Origin: an uncultured Nitrospiraceae bacterium
GTDB taxonomy: Bacteria > Nitrospirota > Thermodesulfovibrionia > Thermodesulfovibrionales > Dissulfurispiraceae
Length of the DNA stretch: 64,000 bases
NCBI GenBank assembly: GCA_963705105.1
Contig: CAVPIW010000006.1
Location: forward strand, 192,001-256,000
Reading direction: 5' to 3'
Position numbers and translations under genes: made by a program. A model generated the notes under the pieces. It saw nothing but the letters and a program-made list of their open reading frames with translations. It made no database searches and had not been told where the DNA came from. Positions 9,521 to 18,660 of this stretch are shown here, piece by piece (the first letter of the stretch is position 1; each line of letters opens with the position of its first letter).

Positions 9521-9644
9521 GCCACGGTCAGCATAAGATTCTGTCATTATGTATAGCCCGGAATCCTTCTCATTTTCAGAAGGATTGCCGACGCGCTCCG
9601 CTTGCGGCAATGACGGCTTTACGAGTGTTTGATTGCCGGGCTAA
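9521..9644 (+). repeat. REP-like palindromic element, family 2
   Basis: GCCACGGTCA...GTCATT...GGATTGCCGACGCGCTCCGCTTGCGGCAATGAC...TTGCCGGGCTAA. Confidence 0.75.
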
Positions 9645-9660
9645 CATTTCATTTTAGCTA

Positions 9661-9689
9661 ATCATATCCAAAGAAGGACGGCCTGTCAA
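9661..9689 (-). promoter_or_regulatory. Sigma-70 promoter for the DUF5666/cupin genes
   Basis: TTGACA-17 bp-TATGAT on the minus strand. Confidence 0.65.
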
Positions 9690-9814
9690 CGCTGAAGACC
9701 ATGGATGGCCTCGCCTTTTCGCCCCTCGAAGGGCCGGTCGTTGACCTTCAATCCTGATCCCGGGGTCTGTGATGAAACGATTCACCCTGCCTTTTCATAC
9801 GGCAGGAAGGTATG

Positions 9815-10014
9815 TCGTAACGTTGCATACGATCCTTGGAAAAGCGGGGTGTATGCGCCGAAAACCTTGATGCGGCGACACCTGTATCAAAACGAAAGAC
9901 GAGGCATACGCCGATGTCAGGAGAATTGGACATCTTTTCCGACACTGACACTGACACTGACACTGACACTGTTTTCAGAGTGCTTCGCCCCGCTTTTTTG
10001 TGCAACTACAAGGT
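9815..10014 (-). mobile_element. Modular inverted-repeat element (MITE-like), copy A, module M1
   Basis: Reverse-complement match to copies at 12866, 23634 and 26556. Confidence 0.85.
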
Positions 10015-10057
10015 ATACTAACATTATAAAGACCTTGTTCACAGGAGATGAGTTTTA

Positions 10058-12208
10058 GTGGAAGCGAAACCGGGAAAGGAAGTATTCGGTCTCCGGCGCA
10101 TCGGTTCGGTGCCCGCCAAGGTCGCGCTTGTTTATGTGCTCGTCGGGTGCCTCTGGATCCTCCTTTCCGACCGCGCCATATCGGCTCTCTTTCAGGATCC
10201 CCTCACGATCGCCCGGATGCAAACCATCAAGGGATGGGGCTTTGTCCTGGTCACGGGCCTCATACTCTATATTCTCCTCCGGAACATCTTCTCCAAGCTC
10301 GGCCATTCCGAGGATGCCCTCCGCTACGCCGAGAACAAGTTCCGCACTCTCGTGGAACAGGCGCTCGTCGGCATCTACATCATCCGGGAGGGCAGGTTCA
10401 TTTACGTCAATCCGGGGTTCCAGGAGATTTTCGGATACACGATGGATGAAATCCTCGCTATGCCGTCAATCCTGGAGCTTGTCGCCGAGAGTGACCGGCA
10501 TATCGTCGCCGATAATGTGCGCATGCGTCTTGCGGGCGCCGTTCAGAGCCTTCATTACTCGTTCACGGGGAGAAAAAAGGACGGCGCCCGCATCGACGTC
10601 GAAGTGCACGGTTCCGCCATCGATTTCGAGGGGAAAAAGGCCATTATCGGAGTCCTCCTGGACATAACGGAGCGCAGGAGGGCGGAAGCGGCCCTGAGGG
10701 ACAGCGAAGAACGCACGCGGCTGCTCATCGACAGCGCCGAGGACATCATCGTCATGCATGACACTGAAGGGACCTACCTCTATTACAACGGTTCCGCCCG
10801 GTACGGCCTGACGGCTGAAGAGGTCGTGGGTAAGAAACCCCGCGATATCTTCGATGAAGCCGTGGCGGAGAAGATCATGGACCAGATCAGGACGGTTGCG
10901 GCAAGCGGCGAAGGCCTTTCCGACGAAAGGGAGGTCCTCTGGCGGGGCGAGCATATGTGGTTTCTCGATCAGGTTTCGCCGGTAAAGGACGCACAGGGAA
11001 AGGTCACGGCAGTTGTCAGGATTTCCCGCAACATCACCGACCGGAAGAAGGCCGAAAGGACGATCGGGGAGAGCGAGGAACGGTACAGGGTCATCGCGGA
11101 GACGGCGTCGGATGCCATTATTACCGTCGATGAGGACAGCAGGGTCGTCTTTGCGAACCGTGCGGTGCTGGACATTTTCGGGTATGAGCCGGAAGATCTG
11201 AAGGGGAAGTTGATGACGGTCATCGTTCCTCCGCGTTTCCGTGACGGTCACATGCAGGGCATGAGGAGGTATCTCGACAGCGGCGTGAAGAAGGCGGGCT
11301 GGAGAGCGAGGGAGCTTCCGGGACTTCACAGGGACGGCTACGAGATACCGCTCGAAATCTCGTATGGTGAATTCGAAAAGGACGGCAGAAGGTACTTCAC
11401 CGGCGTGATCCGTGACATCACGGAGCGAAAGGTCGCTGAAAAAGAGAAGCAGTACAGCGACATGCTCGAAAGATTCAGTCAGCAGATGCAGTCGCTCATC
11501 GCCGAGAGGACGATCAGCCTCCTTGCGCTCAGGCTGGCGGACAGGGTGCGGAACCCTGCCGCCGTCATCGGATGGACGGGAAAGCGGCTGCTGAAACAGG
11601 CCGAGGTCCCCCAGGCATGGAAAGAGCATATGAGCACGATTATCGAGGAGGTGGAGAACCTGGAGGGAATCGTCAAGGAATTCCAGTCCCTGCTGACGCA
11701 CAAGGATCCCGTTTACGCCTACAACGATCTCAACGGGGTTGTGAGAGGAGTCCTGAGCGTTATCGGAAAGGAGGCGGACCGCAGGCATATCAGGCTTGAG
11801 GAGAGCCTCTTTGCGGGGGCTCTCACGATGAACATGCAGAAAGAAACCATGCGCATGGCGATCTTCATCATCATGAGAAACGCCGTCGAGTCAAGCCCTG
11901 AGGGCGGCGCCGTCACTGTCATGACGTCGGAGGAAGACGACAAAGTCATGCTCTCCGTCGCCGACTCGGGGGCGGGCATTCCGAAACGCATGCAGGAGCG
12001 CCTGTTCGATCCCTTTTACAGCGCCAGGATGGAGAGGTACGGCATCGGGTGGCCGCTCGTAAAACAGATCGTGTACGAGCATATGGGGACCGTGGAGATC
12101 GAAAGTGAAAAGGGTGCCGGAAGCCTGTTCACGGTCATTTTTCCAAAAAGGTGGATCGACAGCACCGTGGGAGTCCCGGGTGGAGAGGGCGGCGTTAAAG
12201 GAATATGA
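10058..12208 (+). CDS. Membrane PAS-domain sensor with degenerate histidine-kinase module
   Basis: 2 TM, 3 PAS/PAC (DITERR), HATPase (NAVE, DSGAGI, LFDPF); H-box reads LADRVRNP. Confidence 0.85.
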   Translation: MEAKPGKEVFGLRRIGSVPAKVALVYVLVGCLWILLSDRAISALFQDPLTIARMQTIKGWGFVLVTGLILYILLRNIFSKLGHSEDALRYAENKFRTLVEQALVGIYIIREGRFIYVNPGFQEIFGYTMDEILAMPSILELVAESDRHIVADNVRMRLAGAVQSLHYSFTGRKKDGARIDVEVHGSAIDFEGKKAIIGVLLDITERRRAEAALRDSEERTRLLIDSAEDIIVMHDTEGTYLYYNGSARYGLTAEEVVGKKPRDIFDEAVAEKIMDQIRTVAASGEGLSDEREVLWRGEHMWFLDQVSPVKDAQGKVTAVVRISRNITDRKKAERTIGESEERYRVIAETASDAIITVDEDSRVVFANRAVLDIFGYEPEDLKGKLMTVIVPPRFRDGHMQGMRRYLDSGVKKAGWRARELPGLHRDGYEIPLEISYGEFEKDGRRYFTGVIRDITERKVAEKEKQYSDMLERFSQQMQSLIAERTISLLALRLADRVRNPAAVIGWTGKRLLKQAEVPQAWKEHMSTIIEEVENLEGIVKEFQSLLTHKDPVYAYNDLNGVVRGVLSVIGKEADRRHIRLEESLFAGALTMNMQKETMRMAIFIIMRNAVESSPEGGAVTVMTSEEDDKVMLSVADSGAGIPKRMQERLFDPFYSARMERYGIGWPLVKQIVYEHMGTVEIESEKGAGSLFTVIFPKRWIDSTVGVPGGEGGVKGI

Positions 12209-12854
12209 GGACGCTCATGGTGGCGATGGACCAGATCACGTCCGTCGGGATCTGGAGGTCGCAGCTCGAATCAAAGAGCAGTTCAGCACGGGCCCCGAAT
12301 TCTTCGTCGGACCGCCAGACGGTGATGACGACGGGCACCCTCGGGAAGGGCAGCAGCCTGACGGCGGCGTCTCCCTGATCAAAGGCCTCACCGCCGAATT
12401 CCGCACCCCGCGCAAAGAACCCGTCAATGTCCTTGTCGTACTTTTCGGCCAGGAGATCGAGAGGCAGAATGTGCGTTCCCCTGAAGAAAATCTGGCCTCC
12501 CTTGATATGGATCGGGTTGACGAGCCGTCCTGAAAACCCGATGTCCCTTGCGCTGACGAGATACCAGACGAGGGAAAGTCCGTAAAAGTACTCCGGGTTG
12601 TTCAGCAGGACGGCGCCCTGCGCCGAGGCCGTGGCTATCCTCTTGTCACGCGGAAAGACCCTGAAGTCGGCGCCGAAGGACGGGACCGTGTAGAAGCCTT
12701 CATCGGCATCGTACGAGATGGAGGCCCTCCGGCAGACGTCGGCCGGGTCGAGCTGAGCCAGCTCCTGCCAGGCCTTCTCCTCGCCCGAGTAGGTCTTGAT
12801 CGTGTCCAGTCCCGCTCCCGCGACGTACTCGTATCGTCTCGTGTCTTCAGACAT
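12195..12854 (-). CDS. DUF3786-family protein
   Basis: GGQIFFRG...GDAAVRLLPFPRVPVVITVWRSDEEFGARAELLFD pattern. Confidence 0.8.
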   Translation of the reverse strand: MSEDTRRYEYVAGAGLDTIKTYSGEEKAWQELAQLDPADVCRRASISYDADEGFYTVPSFGADFRVFPRDKRIATASAQGAVLLNNPEYFYGLSLVWYLVSARDIGFSGRLVNPIHIKGGQIFFRGTHILPLDLLAEKYDKDIDGFFARGAEFGGEAFDQGDAAVRLLPFPRVPVVITVWRSDEEFGARAELLFDSSCDLQIPTDVIWSIATMSVLIFL

Positions 12855-12865
12855 ATGAATAGTAT

Positions 12866-13076
12866 ACCTTATCGTTGCAATACACTTCCGGGAAAGGCGG
12901 GGCGAAGCACTCTGAAAACAGTGTCAGTGTGAGTGTCAGTGTCAGTGTCGGAAAAGATGTCCAATTCTCCTGACATCGGCTTATGCCTCGTCCTTCGTTT
13001 TGATACAGGTGTCGCCGCAGCAAGGTTTTCGGCGCATACACCCCGCCTTACCGAATGGCGTATGCAACGATAAGAT
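12866..13076 (+). mobile_element. Modular inverted-repeat element, copy B, module M1
   Basis: Imperfect ~37-bp inverted ends ACCTTATCGTTGCAATAC...GGAAAGGCGGGG / CCCCGCCTT...GTATGCAACGATAAGAT, flanked by TAT/ATA. Confidence 0.9.
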
Positions 13077-13087
13077 ATATCCTGAAA

Positions 13088-13318
13088 CAGTGTGAGTGTG
13101 AGTAACACAGACACTGTTGTGCCCGTTGTGCCGTTTTTCTTTCACTGTCACTGACACTGACACAGACACTGTTGTGCCTGTTGTGCCGTTTTTCTCACAC
13201 TGACACTGACACAGACACTGTTGTGCCTGTTGTGCTGTTTTTCTTTCACTGTCACTGACACTGACACACACACTGTTGTGCCGTTTTTCTCTCACTGTCA
13301 CTGACACTCACACTCACA
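13088..13318 (-). repeat. Higher-order tandem repeat of hexamer blocks with GGCACAAC-containing linkers (about 4 units of ~50 bp)
   Basis: ACAGACACTGTTGTGCC(C/T)GTTGTGCCGTTTTTCTTTCACTGTCACTGACACTGAC repeated. Confidence 0.92.
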
Positions 13319-13339
13319 TTGTTGTGCTATCATATTGAT

Positions 13340-14203
13340 ATGGAAATGGTGAGAAACAGGGTGGTCCTCTACCTCAGGATGATCAAGATCGCCCACTCCG
13401 TCTTCGCCCTTCCTTTTGCCTTCACAGGCGCAATACTCGCCGCGTCGGGTTTGCCGTCACTGTGGCAGGTCGCGTGGATCACCGTGGCGATGGTGGGTGC
13501 GCGGTCAGGCGCCATGGGTATGAACAGGATCATCGATGCCCGGATCGACGCCCGGAACCCGAGGACGATGAACAGGGAGATCCCCGCCGGCAAGATCAGC
13601 ACACGGGACGCCGCAATTTTCTCCGTCCTGTCCTTCGCTGTCTTCGCGCTCGCCGCATACAACCTGAACCGCCTCTGTTTCATCCTCTCGCCCATCGCCA
13701 TTGTCGTCATGGTCGTGTATTCGTTCACGAAGCGCTTCACATGGTTCTCGCACGTCGTCCTCGGCCTCGCCCTCTCGGGCGCCCCTCTCGGCGCATGGAT
13801 CGCCGTCCGGGGCGGCATCGACATCACCATCATCCCCCTTGCTGCGGCGGTTGTTTTCTGGCTCGCCGGCTTTGACATCCTCTATGCCCTGCAGGATATC
13901 GAATTCGACCATGCCCACGGCCTCCACTCCATGCCGAAAAGTTTCGGCATCAGGCGGTCTCTCATTCTCTCCAGAATCTTCCATTTCCTCACCTGGGTTC
14001 TCCTCGTGCTGACGGGTCATCTCTTCGGACTTGGGATGCCCTACTGGATCGGGATGACCGTCGTCGGTGTGCTCCTCCTTTATGAGCACTCCCTCGTGAA
14101 AGCCGACGACCTCAGCAGGCTCGACATGGCCTTCTTCAACATGAACGGCTACATCAGCCTCACCGTATTCATCTTCACCCTCTTTGCGGTCCTGTGGACA
14201 TAG
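13340..14203 (+). CDS. UbiA-family polyprenyltransferase (MqnP-like, futalosine menaquinone pathway)
   Basis: IKIAHSVFALPFA, NRIIDARIDARNPRT, FDILYALQD, AFFNMNG. Confidence 0.9.
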   Translation: MEMVRNRVVLYLRMIKIAHSVFALPFAFTGAILAASGLPSLWQVAWITVAMVGARSGAMGMNRIIDARIDARNPRTMNREIPAGKISTRDAAIFSVLSFAVFALAAYNLNRLCFILSPIAIVVMVVYSFTKRFTWFSHVVLGLALSGAPLGAWIAVRGGIDITIIPLAAAVVFWLAGFDILYALQDIEFDHAHGLHSMPKSFGIRRSLILSRIFHFLTWVLLVLTGHLFGLGMPYWIGMTVVGVLLLYEHSLVKADDLSRLDMAFFNMNGYISLTVFIFTLFAVLWT

Positions 14204-15519
14204 CGGAATCGGTCATCTGCGGCGATTACGTCGTCACAATGAACGGGACGTTCGATGTCATCCGGAACGGGGCCGTTGCGGTCGGGGGCAACAGGATCAT
14301 CGATGTCGGCGACGCCGGGTCCGTTCTCAGGAAATATCCCGCCGCAACCGTCAGGGCGGGAGAGGGGAGGGCGTTGCTCCCGGGACTCGTCAATACGCAC
14401 ACCCATGCGGCAATGGTCCTTTTCAGGGGGCTTGCAGACGACCTCCCGCTGAAGGAGTGGCTCGAGCGCCACATATGGCCCGCGGAAAACAGGTGGCTCG
14501 GCGGAGAGTTCGTCTCCGACGCCGTCGCCCTCGCCTGCCTCGAAATGCTGAAGGCCGGCGTGACGACATACAATGACATGTATTTCTTCGGCGATCGCAC
14601 GGCCGAAATAACGAGAAGCATGGGTATGCGGGCGGTGCTCGGCGTGGGCATCCTCGATTTCCCCTCCGTCGCGGCGGAGACGCAGGATCAGTATTTCGCG
14701 AACGCAGAAAGGTTCATCGAACGATGGAAGGATGATGAGTATATCGCCCCCTGCATCGCCCCCCATGCCTCATACACGTGCGGGCCTGACACCCTCAGGA
14801 GGGCCAGGAATCTCGCGGACAGGCTCTCCGTTCCCCTGCACATCCACCTCTCCGAAACGGCCTGGGAGGTTGAAGAGATCCTGCGGCGCTATGGAAGAAG
14901 GCCTGTGGATCACCTCGACCAGATCGGTTTTCTCGGCCCTGACGTCGTTGCCGTTCATTGTGTCCACGTCAGCCATGACGAGATCGGGACCCTGGCGAGC
15001 AGGGGAGTGGGAGTTTCCCATTGCATCGAAAGCAACCTGAAGCTCGCATCGGGCATCGCCCCGGTCCCGGCGATGATCCGGGCGGGCATCAGGGTCGGCT
15101 TCGGCACCGACGGCGCCGCGAGCAACAACGATCTCAACATTCTCGGCGAGTTGTCGACGGCCGCAAAAGTCCACAAGGCTGTTGCCGGAGACCCCACGGC
15201 CCTCGACGCGAAAACGGCGCTCCTCATGGCGACCCGCTGGGGCGCGGAGATCCTGGGTATGGGAGAGACGACGGGGAGTATCGAGAAGGGAAAGTGCGCC
15301 GACATTATTTCGGTCAATCTGCAGAGGCCTCATATGACCCCCTTGTACGACATCTGTTCCCACCTTGCCTATTCGGCGATGGCTTCGGATGTCGACATGG
15401 TTGTTATCGGCGGGAAGACCGTTGTTGAAGGAGGCGCCGTTGTCGCGGGAAGTGAGGAAGAGATCATGTCGAGGGCATCGGCGTGGGGGAGAAAGATTGC
15501 CGTCTTCAACACGAAATAG
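14194..15519 (+). CDS. Amidohydrolase, MTA/SAH deaminase (MtaD) family
   Basis: NTHTH, HIHLSET, ESNLKLASG, GTDGAASNN. Confidence 0.88.
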   Translation: MDIAESVICGDYVVTMNGTFDVIRNGAVAVGGNRIIDVGDAGSVLRKYPAATVRAGEGRALLPGLVNTHTHAAMVLFRGLADDLPLKEWLERHIWPAENRWLGGEFVSDAVALACLEMLKAGVTTYNDMYFFGDRTAEITRSMGMRAVLGVGILDFPSVAAETQDQYFANAERFIERWKDDEYIAPCIAPHASYTCGPDTLRRARNLADRLSVPLHIHLSETAWEVEEILRRYGRRPVDHLDQIGFLGPDVVAVHCVHVSHDEIGTLASRGVGVSHCIESNLKLASGIAPVPAMIRAGIRVGFGTDGAASNNDLNILGELSTAAKVHKAVAGDPTALDAKTALLMATRWGAEILGMGETTGSIEKGKCADIISVNLQRPHMTPLYDICSHLAYSAMASDVDMVVIGGKTVVEGGAVVAGSEEEIMSRASAWGRKIAVFNTK

Positions 15520-15573
15520 AGCCTATGGCATTCGACGAAACCATGGAGCAGGAATAGAGAACAGATCGGTGTT

Positions 15574-18500
15574 ATGAGCATTTCCGGGAAATTATCTGCA
15601 GGATTCATCGGCATGTCCCTCTTCGTTGCCCTCGTCGGCATCGTCGGCTTTTTCGCCAGCGGAGAGATCATCCGGTCCATGGAAGGAGGGGAGAAGCACT
15701 TCCGGACCATCGTATCGATGGCGACCTCGATGAATTACACGATCAAGGCGGCTGAGAGCCACGTGATGCTGTATCTCGTGCTCCATGACCCCGACGACAA
15801 GGCGGAGCATGCCGTCTGGCAGGAAAGACTCGATCAGTTGATTGCCGACGTCGAAGAAGAGGTCGCGATCAAGGAAGCAAAAGATATCGTTGCAACGATC
15901 AGGAAGGAATCCACCCAGTTCCGCAGCTTCAGTAAGGCCCTGTTCGAGTTGTACGAGGCCGATATGAAAAAGAAAGGCTCCTTCAGGATGGAGGAGCATG
16001 CGAACCAGATCAGGAGGTTGAACGGGAGCGCCTCCCTCATCCGTGAACAGGCGATCAAACTCGCCCGCTTCGAAACGGATTTCCTCAACAGGCAGGCGGT
16101 GATCACCGCTGCGACGGACGCCAGCAGTTATGTAAAAAGAGCGGAGGGGCATTTGCTCCTCTATCTGACGCTTCACAATCCCGCTGACAAAGATAAGTTT
16201 TTAAAGCGTCAGGCAGCTATCGGAGACCAGATCTCCGTGCTTCAGGACCGCATCGAAACGGACGAGGGAAAACAGAGGCTCCGGACCATCGTCGACAAGA
16301 CGGAAGAGTTCGCTGCTGCAGGAAAGGCGCTGATCGATTACTACGATGAGGACATGAAAACGTCCGGCGCTTTTGATGTCGTGAGACGTGCCGGCACGTT
16401 GCGGGCATTTCACGATGCGGCACAAATCGTTGCCGAAAGCTGCGTGCATCTTGCGACGCTGAATGTGACGCTCGAGCAGAAACTCAAGGATACGGCGATC
16501 GAGCGGGCCACAGCATACCGCCGGATCATTCTCGGCGTGATCATGGCCTCCTTCATCCTTTCCCTCATCCTCGGGTACCTGAGCGTACAGACCATATCAA
16601 AGCCCATTCTCCGCCTGAGCGAGGCCGTTGCCGAAATCGGCGGGGGAAATCTCGACCGGAAGATCACGTCGATGCCGAAGGACGAGATCGGGCAACTTGC
16701 CGGGACCTTCAACCGGATGGTCGATGACCTCAGGAGGTCAAGGGATGAAGTGGTGTCGGCCAGGGATTTTCTGGACAGCATCATCACGAGCATAACGAGT
16801 TCACTTATCGTGCTGTCGAAGGAGGGGTCCATCAGGTCGGTCAATGAGGAAACGTGCACAATGCTCGGCTATGACGAGGAGGAACTCATCGGAAAACCCC
16901 TGAAGATCATCTTCCCGAGGGAAGCCTCGTTCAGGGCCATCACGATCGAGTTGTGCGATATCCTGAGCGGCCGCGGCTGCATCAGGAACAGGGAGACGTA
17001 TTACAGGACGAGGGACGGGCGGAATATCAACGTCGTCATCTCGGCCTCACCCATCCCTGGTCCGACCGGAGAGATCCAGGGCATCGTCTGTGTCGCCCAG
17101 GACATGACGGAGCGGAAGCAGGCCGAAGACGACCTCAGGGAACGGGAGGAGCAATTCCGCATGACCTTCGACTACGCGCCCAGCGGCATGGCCATGGCAG
17201 GCCTTGACGGGAGGCTGCTCCGCGTCAACAAGGCCTTTTGCAGCATCGTCGGCTACGGCAACGATGAACTTCTGAGCAAAACCTTTGGAGAAATCACTCA
17301 TCCCGATGACCTTGCCCTGAATGTCGCCATGAACGAGAAACTGATCAGGGGAGAAATCACGCACCACGAGATCGAGAAACGATACATCAGGAAGGACGGA
17401 AGTGCCGTATCGACGATTCTGGGAGTCGCGCTGCTTCGGGACAACATCGGCGCGCCCCGTTATTTCATCGCCCAGGTCATCGATATTTCGGAGCGGAAGA
17501 TGGCGGAGGAGGCCCTCGAGTGGTCGGACCGCCAGACGAAGCTCCTCATCGACTCGGTGGGTGAGGGAATATACGGTGTCGGCTGCGACGGGAGAACGAC
17601 CTTCATCAACCACGCCGCGGCGGAGATGCTCGGGTTTGCGGCCGACGAGATCATCGGGCGGGAGATCCACGATTTGATCCATCATCACCGGAGCGACGGC
17701 ACGCCTTATCCCCGGGAGCTATGCCCCATGATCAGGGCTATTTGTGACGGCAAGAGCCGCCGTGTTTCTGATGAACGCTTCTGGAGGAAGGACGGGAGCA
17801 GTTTCCCCGTCGATTACCTGAGCGCTCCGATCCGGGAGAAGGACGGCAGGATCGTCGGGTCCGTGGTGGTCTTCGTCGATATCACGGAGCGAAAGAGACT
17901 GGAGGACGAGCTCATCCGCGCCCGCAAGCTTGAGTCGATCGGGGTCCTTGCCGGCGGTATCGCCCATGATTTCAACAACCTGATCACGGGCGTGCTCAAC
18001 TGCCTGAACCTCATCAAACGGCCGGACACGAATCCTGAGGAGGCCCAACAGGCGATGACCATGGCCGTTGATGCAGCCCGTCAGGCCAGCAGTCTCACAC
18101 AGCAGCTCTTCAGCTTCACCAGGATCGGTGAGCCTGCAAAGAAGACCATGTCCATCGTCAATCTTATCAGGGATGCCGTCAGGCTCTCCCTGAGCAGTTC
18201 GCCGATGACATGCAATCTCATCGTTCCCGACGACCTCTGGCCCGTCGACGTGGATGAAATCCAGATGAGCAGGGTCATTCATAATCTCGTGATCAATGCG
18301 GCAGAATCGATGCCCGACGGAGGAACGGTCACCGTCCGGGCGGAAAATGATAGCGATGTCCGGCAGCATTCGTCATCCGATTGGGAAGGCAGGCATGTCG
18401 TGATTACGGTCGAAGACCAGGGAAAGGGCATTCCGGAGGAGCACCTCGAAAAGATCTTCGATCCCTATTTCTCGACGAAGAAGCGCGGCGACAGGCGGGG

Positions 18501-18660
18501 CATGGGCCTCGGACTGGCGATCTGTTACTCCATCGTGAGAAACCATGACGGTTTCATGACCGTTGCGTCGAAGGTCGGAGAGGGGACAAAAGTATCCGTC
18601 CATCTCCGGGCATCTTCCGCCGTTGCCCCGGACAGGGAAACAGCGGTGTCGTCGCTATGA
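15574..18660 (+). CDS. Sensor histidine kinase: duplicated periplasmic helical sensor, HAMP, 3 PAS, HisKA/HATPase
   Basis: AGGIAHDFNN H-box, NLVINA, DQGKGI, GMGLGL. Confidence 0.92.
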   Translation: MSISGKLSAGFIGMSLFVALVGIVGFFASGEIIRSMEGGEKHFRTIVSMATSMNYTIKAAESHVMLYLVLHDPDDKAEHAVWQERLDQLIADVEEEVAIKEAKDIVATIRKESTQFRSFSKALFELYEADMKKKGSFRMEEHANQIRRLNGSASLIREQAIKLARFETDFLNRQAVITAATDASSYVKRAEGHLLLYLTLHNPADKDKFLKRQAAIGDQISVLQDRIETDEGKQRLRTIVDKTEEFAAAGKALIDYYDEDMKTSGAFDVVRRAGTLRAFHDAAQIVAESCVHLATLNVTLEQKLKDTAIERATAYRRIILGVIMASFILSLILGYLSVQTISKPILRLSEAVAEIGGGNLDRKITSMPKDEIGQLAGTFNRMVDDLRRSRDEVVSARDFLDSIITSITSSLIVLSKEGSIRSVNEETCTMLGYDEEELIGKPLKIIFPREASFRAITIELCDILSGRGCIRNRETYYRTRDGRNINVVISASPIPGPTGEIQGIVCVAQDMTERKQAEDDLREREEQFRMTFDYAPSGMAMAGLDGRLLRVNKAFCSIVGYGNDELLSKTFGEITHPDDLALNVAMNEKLIRGEITHHEIEKRYIRKDGSAVSTILGVALLRDNIGAPRYFIAQVIDISERKMAEEALEWSDRQTKLLIDSVGEGIYGVGCDGRTTFINHAAAEMLGFAADEIIGREIHDLIHHHRSDGTPYPRELCPMIRAICDGKSRRVSDERFWRKDGSSFPVDYLSAPIREKDGRIVGSVVVFVDITERKRLEDELIRARKLESIGVLAGGIAHDFNNLITGVLNCLNLIKRPDTNPEEAQQAMTMAVDAARQASSLTQQLFSFTRIGEPAKKTMSIVNLIRDAVRLSLSSSPMTCNLIVPDDLWPVDVDEIQMSRVIHNLVINAAESMPDGGTVTVRAENDSDVRQHSSSDWEGRHVVITVEDQGKGIPEEHLEKIFDPYFSTKKRGDRRGMGLGLAICYSIVRNHDGFMTVASKVGEGTKVSVHLRASSAVAPDRETAVSSL

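Noticed and set aside
12847..13114. Small ORFs such as MYAPKTLLRRHL... and TLTLTL/DTDTHT peptides, recurring near 9705, 23701, 26473 and 30544
   Set aside because: They are translations of the repeat elements; frames and lengths differ between copies and no RBS is evident
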